Source: a virus
Taxonomy: Duplodnaviria > Caudoviricetes
Direction: 5' to 3' (one strand)
DNA length: 64,000 nucleotides
Virus record (IMG/VR): IMGVR_UViG_3300037067_026422
The translations under genes were made by a program, and so were the position numbers. Below are positions 19,745 to 28,427 of this stretch, piece after piece (position 1 is the stretch's first letter; each line of letters opens with the position of its first letter). The notes beneath the pieces were generated by a model. The model was not told the origin of the DNA. It worked only from the letters and a program-made list of their open reading frames with translations, and made no database searches.

Positions 19745-20800
19745 TTATTTGCTCATCCAATCTTTACTATCAATTTTACCGGTTCGGATGAGCTTATACA
19801 TAATATCTACTATTTCAGGGTCAAATTGTTTACCACGTCCCTCTAACAGGACATTGAGGGCGAATTCTCGATCTTTGGCATTTCGATAGGGACGGTTGGA
19901 AGTTAGAGCATTAAAGGTATCAGCTACCGCTAATATCCGGGCTCCGACTGGGATCCCTTTTTCTTTGAGGTTATGTGGATACCCCCCATTACCATCCCAC
20001 CGTTCATGATGATGTAGAACATATTCACTGATTTTTCCAGCAGTGTCTACGGGTTTAACAATTCGATAACTATTTTCAGGATGAGTTTTTATAACAGCAT
20101 ACTCTTCTTCAGTCAGCTTATCCCGTTTGAATAAAATCTCATCTCTTATACCAATTTTCCCAATATCGTGAAGTTTTCCTGCAGTGATCACGTCTTCGAT
20201 AAAACTCCGATTATACGTGTATTCCCAACAGATTTTACCAGCAAGTTCACCTACCTTCTCGGAGTGATCCTTGGTATATTCATCTTTCTGTTCAAGGGCA
20301 GCACTCAAAGAATAAAGGGTATTGATGAAAATCTTATTTTTATCCTTTTGAATTGCTTCTATTTTAGCCTTGAGATTATTTGCTACGTATTTGTTTCTTC
20401 GATTGTTTCGAGTATTCCTTGCAGCTTGCAAAAGTAATAATCCCATAGCTGCGAAATCATAAGGCTTGGTGATCAAAGCATAGACTTCTTTTTGAATAAT
20501 CGTCTGAATGACGTCGTCCCGCATCTGACCTGTCAAAAAGATAACAGTCAGATCAGGATCAATTCTTTGTACCTGATCAAAAAGATCAAAACCAGATCCA
20601 TCACCATTTAAAAAAATATCAACAAGAGCAACATCAAACTGATTTGCTTCGATGCTTTCAACTGATTGAGCACAGTTTTTTGTGACGCAACACTTAGCTC
20701 CGTGTTGATTAGTAAAATCCATGAGCAATTCTTGTTGCATTTCTTCATTTTCAACAACAAGAATTTTTAGATTCACCAGAAATTGAGTGTGTGTCGTCAT
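19745..20800 (-). CDS. Response regulator REC + HD-GYP cyclic dinucleotide phosphodiesterase
   Basis: REC: LVVENE, LVD, FLTG, TKP. HD-GYP: HSEKV, LHDIGK, HHERWDGNGGYP, VAD, RPY. Probable start MTTHTQ. Confidence 0.9.
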   Translation of the reverse strand: MTTHTQFLVNLKILVVENEEMQQELLMDFTNQHGAKCCVTKNCAQSVESIEANQFDVALVDIFLNGDGSGFDLFDQVQRIDPDLTVIFLTGQMRDDVIQTIIQKEVYALITKPYDFAAMGLLLLQAARNTRNNRRNKYVANNLKAKIEAIQKDKNKIFINTLYSLSAALEQKDEYTKDHSEKVGELAGKICWEYTYNRSFIEDVITAGKLHDIGKIGIRDEILFKRDKLTEEEYAVIKTHPENSYRIVKPVDTAGKISEYVLHHHERWDGNGGYPHNLKEKGIPVGARILAVADTFNALTSNRPYRNAKDREFALNVLLEGRGKQFDPEIVDIMYKLIRTGKIDSKDWMSK

Positions 20801-20919
20801 AAATTTTTCTAAAAAATAGGTTAAGAACCACTGCCAGAATTTTATATTGTCTATGTATCCTCTATGAAAGCATAAAATCAAAAGAGTATTAGTATTTATA
20901 GCTAATACAAGGAGAAATA

Positions 20920-21372
20920 ATGATATATGTAGAAAGCCCTAATAGAGTTAAAGTCGATCGCCCCAGTCTTTTCTTATGCGGAGGAATATCAGAATGCAAA
21001 GACTGGCAAAAAATTGTAGTATCCCGATTACGCCCTCTGGATATCATAGTATTCAATCCGAGACGGGCTAATTATGGCACTATCATAGAGGGCGTTGAAG
21101 AAGAACAGATAACCTGGGAAGAGGAAAAGATAAAGAAAGCTGATATTCTTTCTTTTTACTTTTGCCGGGAAACTCTCTGCCCCATAACACTCTATGAACT
21201 TGGAACTGGAAACATGACCAAGAAGCATATGCTTATAGGAATGGATGAAGACTATGCTCGAAAAAAAGATGTTATTATACAGACACATTTAAAGAGACCA
21301 GAAGTGCCGATAATCTTTGGCTTAGATAGCTTCATACTATCTTTAACAGAGATGTGCATTTCCATACTATAA
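20920..21372 (+). CDS. Nucleoside 2-deoxyribosyltransferase-like (NDT) protein
   Basis: LFLCGGI, WQ, FNPRR, QITWE, PITLYELG motifs. Confidence 0.8.
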   Translation: MIYVESPNRVKVDRPSLFLCGGISECKDWQKIVVSRLRPLDIIVFNPRRANYGTIIEGVEEEQITWEEEKIKKADILSFYFCRETLCPITLYELGTGNMTKKHMLIGMDEDYARKKDVIIQTHLKRPEVPIIFGLDSFILSLTEMCISIL

Positions 21373-21443
21373 GAGACTTAAGATTTTCCTTTGCTACTAC
21401 CAGCAAAGAGATATCAACATAGCAATTTATAAAGGGAATACGA

Positions 21444-22151
21444 ATGGAACTTACCCTACTATCAGATGAAATACAAAAAACTTGTGAAAACTTACAAATA
21501 AGAGTCCAAGAACGATTCCCCAAAGCCAGCCTGAATAGAACATGCAAAGATTTACTGTCTATCGCAGGAGAAGCAGACAAAACCAGTGCCTGGATAAAAC
21601 GTCCAGATTTTTTAATAAGAATAAGTGCCTGGTTTTGCGTAGCTCTCTTGATATGCGTTCTGATACCCCCTTATGTGAAACTTCAGGTCACCACCCTGAA
21701 TGTGAATATCGCTGATTTCTTCCAAATGATTGACTCCAGTTTTAATATCATAGTTGTCCTTGGCGGTACATGGTTTTATCTGATAACCAATGAAATACGT
21801 CAAAAAAGAAAAAAAGTCATATCAGCCATAAATAAGTTGAAATGCTTAGCACACATCATAGATGCTCATCAGCTTACCAAAGACCCAACATCCTCAACTT
21901 TTCTAAAGACTGATAGCTCCCCCGTAAGAAAACTATCAGATTATGAGCTTGGTAGATATCTTGACTATTGCTCTGAAATGCTGTCCCTTATAGGTAAGAT
22001 AGCTTTCTTATATATACAGGATTTTGAAGACCCGATAGCCAATGATCATGTCAATGATCTTGAAAATCTTACTACTGGGTTATGTCAGAAAATTGGACTG
22101 AAGGCTCTTATGATAGATAGAATACCTATAACTAAAATAAAAAATATTTGA
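21444..22151 (+). CDS. Conserved two-TM membrane protein
   Basis: Two TM helices; AHIIDAHQLTKDP and RYLDYCSEML motifs. Confidence 0.7.
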   Translation: MELTLLSDEIQKTCENLQIRVQERFPKASLNRTCKDLLSIAGEADKTSAWIKRPDFLIRISAWFCVALLICVLIPPYVKLQVTTLNVNIADFFQMIDSSFNIIVVLGGTWFYLITNEIRQKRKKVISAINKLKCLAHIIDAHQLTKDPTSSTFLKTDSSPVRKLSDYELGRYLDYCSEMLSLIGKIAFLYIQDFEDPIANDHVNDLENLTTGLCQKIGLKALMIDRIPITKIKNI

Positions 22152-22192
22152 GGCTGAGATAACTTAAAAACACACCGGTATAAGGAGAGATT

Positions 22193-22657
22193 ATGACAAT
22201 TAAATTTTATCGACTAAAAGACCCCTATGGATGCTTCTCAAATTTCTCAAGACACCCGATTCTACTGGATGGTATCACATGGCCTACCACCGAGCATTAT
22301 TTTCAGGCTCAGAAATATGTGGACACTGTCAAGTATCTTCAAATAGCCCGGGCTCCTACCCCCAAGCTCGCTGCAGAGTTAGGCAGAGATCGATCCCTTC
22401 CCATAAGGCATGACTGGGAGAATGTTAAAGATGCCATTATGAAAAAATGTGTTATGGAAAAGGCCCTGCAACACCCAGAAGTTATGGACGCTCTCATACG
22501 ATCAGGGAATGAAGAGATCGTTGAAGATTCTCCTATAGATTACTACTGGGGATGTGGTAAAGAAGGTACTGGTAAAAATATGCTCGGAAAAATTCTGATG
22601 GAGATTCGGGAAGAAATAAAAAAAGAATATAGAGTAGGAGATAATAATGAATTATGA
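22193..22657 (+). CDS. NADAR (YbiA-like) N-glycosidase / ADP-ribose-processing enzyme
   Basis: FSNFS, WPTTEHYFQAQK, DYYWG, GKNMLGKILMEIR. Confidence 0.92.
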   Translation: MTIKFYRLKDPYGCFSNFSRHPILLDGITWPTTEHYFQAQKYVDTVKYLQIARAPTPKLAAELGRDRSLPIRHDWENVKDAIMKKCVMEKALQHPEVMDALIRSGNEEIVEDSPIDYYWGCGKEGTGKNMLGKILMEIREEIKKEYRVGDNNEL

Positions 22658-23297
22658 TGCGTTAAAAGAAACAGTTATTAACAATGTCTGTAAAGTTATC
22701 CGGAGTAATTTAGATAATACTTCCTTTATCCAGACTCTTTTTAATGCTTTCACTGCAGAGAATGAAAAAATTAAAAATGATATTCAGAATAGAAATGAAC
22801 TTCTCCTCCAAACCTTTATGGATCTTGCCCAGGTATTTGGGGTAGAGTTTGAGGAAGGATACTCTATCCCTGAACTTGAAAAGAATATTATAGAATTCAA
22901 GAATAAGATCGAAAGTCTGGCGAGTACACAAAGACCTAAACAGCGTTATTTATGCTTCTCCGGTTCAGATGAATATGGAAATAGCTACTGTACCTGTGTC
23001 ACAGAAAAGGACATAGCATATGTTGAATTGGCTTTGATAGACTCTGGGTCTGATAGCTTTGAGCACCTATATCAAGAGGATTCAAAGCTGCTTATTGATA
23101 TGTGTATCCGAAATGAAACAACTGTCGACATCCTATTGGGTATGGGGAGTGGTGCCCTTCTTGATGTCATTGATAAATTCTTTGTGAAAATTATTAAAGC
23201 TGATTCTGTCTCTTTGGGACAATTCAGCGAGTATATTGCCTGTCTTATTAGTGGCAATCGACATTCAGGTACATCTTCTATTTGGGTAACACTATAA
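22647..23297 (+). CDS. Hypothetical protein
   Basis: AGGAG SD; 216 aa. Confidence 0.65.
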   Translation: MNYDALKETVINNVCKVIRSNLDNTSFIQTLFNAFTAENEKIKNDIQNRNELLLQTFMDLAQVFGVEFEEGYSIPELEKNIIEFKNKIESLASTQRPKQRYLCFSGSDEYGNSYCTCVTEKDIAYVELALIDSGSDSFEHLYQEDSKLLIDMCIRNETTVDILLGMGSGALLDVIDKFFVKIIKADSVSLGQFSEYIACLISGNRHSGTSSIWVTL

Positions 23298-23307
23298 AGG
23301 AACTCTT

Positions 23308-24012
23308 ATGTCAAAAATTGAAATAGATATAAATGGAATGCCCTTACTGGAAATAGTGAAAGCCTATCCGGAGCTCATAGTAGAATTCATTGAGCAGCAT
23401 AATAAAAAAGAAAACGTTGAGTTTCTTACCGCCATGCTTGCTATAATGGGGGAATATCAGTCCAGTATAGGTTTAAGTAACTCTCAATTAATATCCATAC
23501 TGGAACTCATTACTTGGTTGGAAGAGAAATTATCAGAAGCTGAAAAAGCTTTAGTGGAGCCTGCAACAGAGGGTATAACAAATTATGACACCATCAAAGA
23601 CAGAGTAACAGAAGTGCTCCCCAAGTTTTACTTGGGTCAGGAGGTATACGCTATCATAAGTGGAAGAATAGAAAAAGGTATCCTGGTCAAGTTAGAAATG
23701 CCCTTTAATGGCCTTTACATAAGCCCCGAGAGAGCTGAATGTCTGGTATGGTTCAGCACAGATAGCAAGAATGGATGGGTAACACATGAGTTCAAACTAA
23801 CAGAAATAGCTCCCGTAGTAAAAAGGCAAGAAGGGATATTCAAGCTGGGAGTCTATGTAGAATCCACAGGATGCTTTAAATGCCAGTTCTATTCATCTCA
23901 TGATCCTTGCACACTATCAGGTGGGCCTGCATGGAAAGAGGTTTATACGGCCTGGCGTGAAGGGGGCTTTGCAATAGGATGCCCTTTAACTAATAGCACA
24001 AATCGGAAATGA
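23308..24012 (+). CDS. Hypothetical protein
   Basis: AAGGA SD; 234 aa; C-terminal Cys cluster. Confidence 0.65.
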   Translation: MSKIEIDINGMPLLEIVKAYPELIVEFIEQHNKKENVEFLTAMLAIMGEYQSSIGLSNSQLISILELITWLEEKLSEAEKALVEPATEGITNYDTIKDRVTEVLPKFYLGQEVYAIISGRIEKGILVKLEMPFNGLYISPERAECLVWFSTDSKNGWVTHEFKLTEIAPVVKRQEGIFKLGVYVESTGCFKCQFYSSHDPCTLSGGPAWKEVYTAWREGGFAIGCPLTNSTNRK

Positions 24013-24013
24013 T

Positions 24014-24520
24014 ATGCACGAACAGATAAAAAAAGCACGAGAGTTTTCCCTAAAAGCCCATAATACTCAAGTTTATGGAGACATTTATCCTTACTTTAAG
24101 CATCTGGAAGATGTCTATAATATCCTGATCAAGTTCGGATTTACAGAGGAGCATGATCTTGATATCCTCACTGCGGCTTTTCTCCATGATACTATAGAAG
24201 ATACGCAAGTTTCTTTTAGTGACCTCAAAAGAGCTTTTGATGAGAACATCGCCGAAATAGTTTACTGTATGTCTGATGAGCTTGGAAGAACCCGTAAGGA
24301 GAAAAAGGAGAAAACTTATCCCAAGATAAGATCGAACCCCAAATCTGTAATATTAAAGGTTGCTGACCGTATCGCCAATGTAGAATTTTCCCGTACCCAG
24401 GATAGTGGACATATCAAAATGTATCGAAGCGAATTTAAAGATTTTGAATATCATTTGAGAATATATCGACAAATAGATTCTATGTGGGAACATTTGAACA
24501 GGAGTCTATTTTCAGAATGA
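24014..24520 (+). CDS. Small HD hydrolase, MESH1/RelA-SpoT hydrolase-like
   Basis: AH..Q.Y..PYFKHL, AAFLHDTIED, KVADRIAN. Confidence 0.85.
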   Translation: MHEQIKKAREFSLKAHNTQVYGDIYPYFKHLEDVYNILIKFGFTEEHDLDILTAAFLHDTIEDTQVSFSDLKRAFDENIAEIVYCMSDELGRTRKEKKEKTYPKIRSNPKSVILKVADRIANVEFSRTQDSGHIKMYRSEFKDFEYHLRIYRQIDSMWEHLNRSLFSE

Positions 24521-25005
24521 GAGAAGATCGAGAACTCAAGGTAAATGACATCCAAACCACAGTAAGGATATTCAAGGACTACCATCAGTTAAAAATAACC
24601 CTACGAGGTTATTACTTTATAATACGTATATACAAAAGCTCTGAAACTATGAATACATTTATAGCCCAACATTCCAATGTAAAAGCAGGAAACTTTGCCG
24701 GTGCATATATTGGAAATGTACCCCGATTACCAAAAAATAAAATGATAGGAACCATCGCTCTTACTTTCATATCTTTGACGAATCCGCTGATCATACATGA
24801 ATGTATTCATGCAGCATTAGGATACCATTCCTGGGTCTTCAACAAAAATTATGAACTTAAACCTAATCCAATTTCTATACGAACATTAAAAGAAGAGGAA
24901 TTCTTTTGCACACTTGTAGGTTGTCTCTATAATGAAATCATGAATTATGCTACAGGGTCCTATAGGGTCTTGATGCATGTAGCTAAGAAACAACAGCATT
25001 GTTAA
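24517..25005 (+). CDS. HExxH putative metallopeptidase-like protein
   Basis: IIHECIHA with downstream EEE. Confidence 0.55.
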   Translation: MREDRELKVNDIQTTVRIFKDYHQLKITLRGYYFIIRIYKSSETMNTFIAQHSNVKAGNFAGAYIGNVPRLPKNKMIGTIALTFISLTNPLIIHECIHAALGYHSWVFNKNYELKPNPISIRTLKEEEFFCTLVGCLYNEIMNYATGSYRVLMHVAKKQQHC

Positions 25006-25025
25006 AATAGAGGAGTAAAATATTT

Positions 25026-25403
25026 ATGGATGCTTTTAAAAACTTTGAGGGCACAATTAATAATTCAATAGTGGAAGATTTTTCCAAAGCATATGTCATG
25101 GGATTCTCTATGCTGATCTCCGATGTTAATATGGCAATGTCCCTTTTATCCCTATGTCAGCACTCCTTTAACGGAGATTTTGATAAAGCCTGTCGATTTA
25201 TGGATGAATTACTTGAGGATCTGCATGAAAGGCTATTAAAAAAGGTGCTCATCGATTTTACAACTATGGAAGATGATAAGATAGCACTATCAATGTGCAG
25301 AGACAGGATACAACAGGATTTTAATGAGATTAAAGAGTCTATCCTTAAAACAGCAATAGTGTTAGACACCAAAGTAAAAAAGTTTGAAAAAGATGGGGCA
25401 TAA
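25026..25403 (+). CDS. Hypothetical protein
   Basis: GAGGAG SD. Confidence 0.65.
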   Translation: MDAFKNFEGTINNSIVEDFSKAYVMGFSMLISDVNMAMSLLSLCQHSFNGDFDKACRFMDELLEDLHERLLKKVLIDFTTMEDDKIALSMCRDRIQQDFNEIKESILKTAIVLDTKVKKFEKDGA

Positions 25404-25737
25404 GTTTTCCGAAAGATATACTTATGAAGAATTGATAACCCTTATTGATCTATTCAAAGTTGTTGGGGAAGTCAAACAGCTTGTAAAAAGCCACCCCGGG
25501 GATATACTAAGAGAAGTCTATTATGTAAAACCTACTTTAAAGATATCCATAACAGAGAATGGCTTTAATTTAGAAAGTATCCCGACTGATGAACATGATA
25601 TTAAAAATAATACAATTCGTGCTGAAAGGTTAAAGATGATTCAAGAAACCTCCTTAAATAATATGCCTCTGTATATAAATGATAAGAATGAGATAATAAG
25701 AACAATAGCAACCTGGCGATTGAATATAGGTAAGTAA
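25393..25737 (+). CDS. PLYIN-WRL family paralogue 5 (array member 1)
   Basis: YTYEELITL ... MPLYINDKNEIIRTIATWRLNIGK*. Confidence 0.8.
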   Translation: MGHKFSERYTYEELITLIDLFKVVGEVKQLVKSHPGDILREVYYVKPTLKISITENGFNLESIPTDEHDIKNNTIRAERLKMIQETSLNNMPLYINDKNEIIRTIATWRLNIGK

Positions 25738-25762
25738 CTTTTAAAGAATTAATGTTCTAAAA

Positions 25763-26110
25763 ATGATTAATAGATACTATGATTACGAATATATTGAACT
25801 TATCAGAATGTTTGATACGGAAGATTTAGCTCCGCACTCTTTTTGTCGTATTACCAACCCATACTTCTGGAAATTCATGAGTTGGCTGCTTTTTAAACAA
25901 ATTATATTCACGAAAGCTGAACATCTACCAGCGATAGCACTCTTTATCTATCATACAACTAAAACTATGAACTTTCAAAATATTCAATATCGTTTAGGAA
26001 ATTTATGGTGTACCTTTATAATGCCTATTAATAAAGCTTCCCTGTATATATCGAATAAAGATATCAGAAAACAGATAATAAGTAGATGGAGATTAAAGGT
26101 TGGAAGATGA
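25763..26110 (+). CDS. PLYIN-WRL family paralogue 6 (array member 2)
   Basis: YYDYEYIEL ... ASLYISNKDIRKQIISRWRLKVGR*. Confidence 0.75.
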   Translation: MINRYYDYEYIELIRMFDTEDLAPHSFCRITNPYFWKFMSWLLFKQIIFTKAEHLPAIALFIYHTTKTMNFQNIQYRLGNLWCTFIMPINKASLYISNKDIRKQIISRWRLKVGR

Positions 26111-26418
26111 TAAAGTATGATAAAAAAGATATAGATCTTTTATTTAATCAGTTCATGTCTAATAGTGTCACCGAAGGTAAGGGATTAAAAGGTAATGAGG
26201 GAGCTTGTACTTATATTACTATACAGGGAAAGAAGGTGGCTATCTCCTGTGATACCCTTATAAAGATAGTTTTTGGTAATCCCACCATAAGAGATTCTAT
26301 AGATAGGGAAGTTTTTAATATTTATGCTCTTATACACGTGATTCCAATAGAACATGTACCACTTTTCTTAAACATCATACCTGAAGTAGCCAAGTGGCGC
26401 TTGGAGATCAGAAAATGA
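26107..26418 (+). CDS. PLYIN-WRL family paralogue 7 (array member 3)
   Basis: MIKYDKKDIDLL ... VPLFLNIIPEVAKWRLEIRK*; ATGA overlap. Confidence 0.8.
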   Translation: MIKYDKKDIDLLFNQFMSNSVTEGKGLKGNEGACTYITIQGKKVAISCDTLIKIVFGNPTIRDSIDREVFNIYALIHVIPIEHVPLFLNIIPEVAKWRLEIRK

Positions 26419-26720
26419 ACTCATATACTAACGAAGAAATTAACTTATTACTATCAGAGTTTCCAAGACTACGCAATAATATCTTAGTAGGCAGCACAGG
26501 ATATATAGTAGAAAACTCACTCTTTATGAGTTCTGTGCTGTTAGATCCGGCGTTAGACCCTACTGAAATTCTTCCCTTTTATTCCGATATTGATATCGGA
26601 ATAAAAAAAGAGTTATCCATAATAAGAGATCTTATTTATTACGTGCCCATACATCAAGTACCCCTATATATAAATATTTGTCCTAACATAGCTTCATGGA
26701 GATTAAAAATAGGAAAATGA
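26415..26720 (+). CDS. PLYIN-WRL family paralogue 8 (array member 4)
   Basis: MNSYTNEEINLL ... VPLYINICPNIASWRLKIGK*; ATGA overlap. Confidence 0.8.
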   Translation: MNSYTNEEINLLLSEFPRLRNNILVGSTGYIVENSLFMSSVLLDPALDPTEILPFYSDIDIGIKKELSIIRDLIYYVPIHQVPLYINICPNIASWRLKIGK

Positions 26721-27049
26721 TCACATACGCACCAGGAGAAAAAGATATTCTATTGAATAGTATTACCAATCGTTTTGGTATAGGTTTTGAGAATGCTGGT
26801 TTAAATAGCCCAGAATCTCAACCGTATATCTTTTTTAAACTTTATGGGAGTCTTTGTTGTATGTCTATGTACCTACTTACTAAAATCGTACTATATGATC
26901 CTGTAAGACACCCAAATTTACACAACGAGATACATGGGTCATTTAAAGAGGTATGGAATTTGATTCATTTTATACCTTTAAATAGAGTCCCATTATACAT
27001 TAACACTATCCCTGATATTGCAAGTTGGAGATTAAAAATTGGTAAATAA
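26717..27049 (+). CDS. PLYIN-WRL family paralogue 9 (array member 5)
   Basis: MITYAPGEKDIL ... VPLYINTIPDIASWRLKIGK*; ATGA overlap. Confidence 0.8.
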   Translation: MITYAPGEKDILLNSITNRFGIGFENAGLNSPESQPYIFFKLYGSLCCMSMYLLTKIVLYDPVRHPNLHNEIHGSFKEVWNLIHFIPLNRVPLYINTIPDIASWRLKIGK

Positions 27050-27392
27050 AATTATTAAGAAAATCATACTCTCTATCTGGAGGTGTAAAAGGAGTGATAC
27101 AAAACCCATATATCCAAAAAAAGAGATAGCAGATTTGTATCTGTCTTTTCTTAAAAGACCCGTAGATGAATTGTCTACCCGTATCACTTTAAATGGTGGC
27201 CATTATTTAATTAGATATCTTGATCTTTATACAATATTGAACAGTAACCCATCAGGAAATGACTGTGTTTTGTATACGAGAGCAGAACAAGAGTTATATA
27301 GGATGCTCTTTGATGTCCCGCTAAAACAGGTTCCTCTATACATCAACACACATCCGGAAATAGCTCAATGGAGATTAAGAATTGGAATATGA
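27039..27392 (+). CDS. PLYIN-WRL family paralogue 10 (array member 6)
   Basis: YPKKEIADL ... VPLYINTHPEIAQWRLRIGI*; start codon uncertain (TTG). Confidence 0.75.
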   Translation: MVNKIIKKIILSIWRCKRSDTKPIYPKKEIADLYLSFLKRPVDELSTRITLNGGHYLIRYLDLYTILNSNPSGNDCVLYTRAEQELYRMLFDVPLKQVPLYINTHPEIAQWRLRIGI

Positions 27393-27730
27393 ATTACTAT
27401 AGCTTACTTGAGATAGAGCATCTGGTTGAAGATCTTGATGTATTAATAATAACCTCTTCACCAAAAGTGGATTGTTTTGGGTTAACATGTAATAGTATAA
27501 AAAAGTGCATAGTACAATCAACTTTTTCTTATATGTTCACACACGGGGGTAAGTTTTCTATGGGATTAAGGGACAAAAGTATAAATTACTTTGACCCTAC
27601 ATTATATCTTTCTGAGTCGGATATTAAAGATATAGGTGATTTTATTTTTCTTGAGAAGCTTAATAATGTACCCCTATTTATAAATGTCTATCCAGAAATA
27701 GCTACATGGCGATTGAGAATAGGGAAATGA
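27389..27730 (+). CDS. PLYIN-WRL family paralogue 11 (array member 7)
   Basis: MNYYSLLEIEHL ... VPLFINVYPEIATWRLRIGK*; ATGA overlap. Confidence 0.8.
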   Translation: MNYYSLLEIEHLVEDLDVLIITSSPKVDCFGLTCNSIKKCIVQSTFSYMFTHGGKFSMGLRDKSINYFDPTLYLSESDIKDIGDFIFLEKLNNVPLFINVYPEIATWRLRIGK

Positions 27731-28068
27731 ACTCATATAATAAAAAAGAATTACGGATTTTAATACGGGGGCTTCCTAATTATACCCTTGCAATAACTAA
27801 TATTAACTGTATTGCAATAACACTTTGGGGAATTATGAAGCTTATTAAATATAATACTCTTATCAGCATACTTGATGCTAAAGGAAAATGGATCGTTTCT
27901 CAGGGCGATATTAATAATATAAGATATGTTATACCAAAGCATAAGGCGGAATTTCATGATTTAGAAGGTTTGAATGATGCTATCTTTAAATTAGAATTAA
28001 AAATAGTGCCCTTATTCCTAAATGATTTCCCGGAAATCGTCAGGTGGAGATTGAGCATAGGTAAATGA
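27727..28068 (+). CDS. PLYIN-WRL family paralogue 12 (array member 8)
   Basis: MNSYNKKELRIL ... VPLFLNDFPEIVRWRLSIGK*; ATGA overlap. Confidence 0.8.
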   Translation: MNSYNKKELRILIRGLPNYTLAITNINCIAITLWGIMKLIKYNTLISILDAKGKWIVSQGDINNIRYVIPKHKAEFHDLEGLNDAIFKLELKIVPLFLNDFPEIVRWRLSIGK

Positions 28069-28403
28069 CTTTTAAGTTTTATTATAAAAATATCTATAAC
28101 GAGGATGATTTGCTATCTTTAGCTAGTATACTAAGTAGCAGGATAAAACAAGGTAGGTATTCCATAGCTGGTATAAATATGCTATGCAAGCTCATTCTTT
28201 ATAGTCTTAACAACAAAAAGAAGTCAATTGATAGTATTATAAGCTCTTATATTATATATAAACTGAGCAGTAGCTTATTTTAAACTATATCCTTACTGGT
28301 ATTAATTTTTATATTTCCATTAAGGAAAATGCCCCTATACATAAATGACAGTAATACATTAAAACAAGTTTTGAGCATTTGGAGATTGAGCATAGGTAAA
28401 TAA
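28065..28403 (+). pseudogene. PLYIN-WRL family paralogue 13 (array member 9) with in-frame TAA at 28281-28283
   Basis: The same frame continues past the stop as TISLLVLIFIFPLRKMPLYINDSNTLKQVLSIWRLSIGK*; N-terminal YNEDDLLSL motif present. Confidence 0.8.
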
Positions 28404-28427
28404 TATTACATAGAAGGAGGCTTTATA

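Noticed and set aside
26086-27730. ORF-track N-terminal extensions such as MEIKNRKM and MAIENREM as a conserved leader
   Set aside because: They are the shifted-frame reading of the upstream gene's WRL.IGK codons; the ATGA-overlap starts are more parsimonious.
28281-28283. Stop-codon reassignment in this genome
   Set aside because: TAA, TGA and TAG all terminate well-defined genes, and long conserved ORFs are intact under code 11.
25393-28403. Array as an integron cassette array or CRISPR-like repeat
   Set aside because: Genes overlap with no intergenic attC-like palindromes, there is no integrase or cas gene, and the conserved ends vary at synonymous positions, so they are not DNA repeats.
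25393-28403. Diversity-generating retroelement as the source of variation
   Set aside because: No reverse transcriptase and no TR/VR pair differing only at adenines is visible in the window; the cores are unalignable rather than A-mutated.
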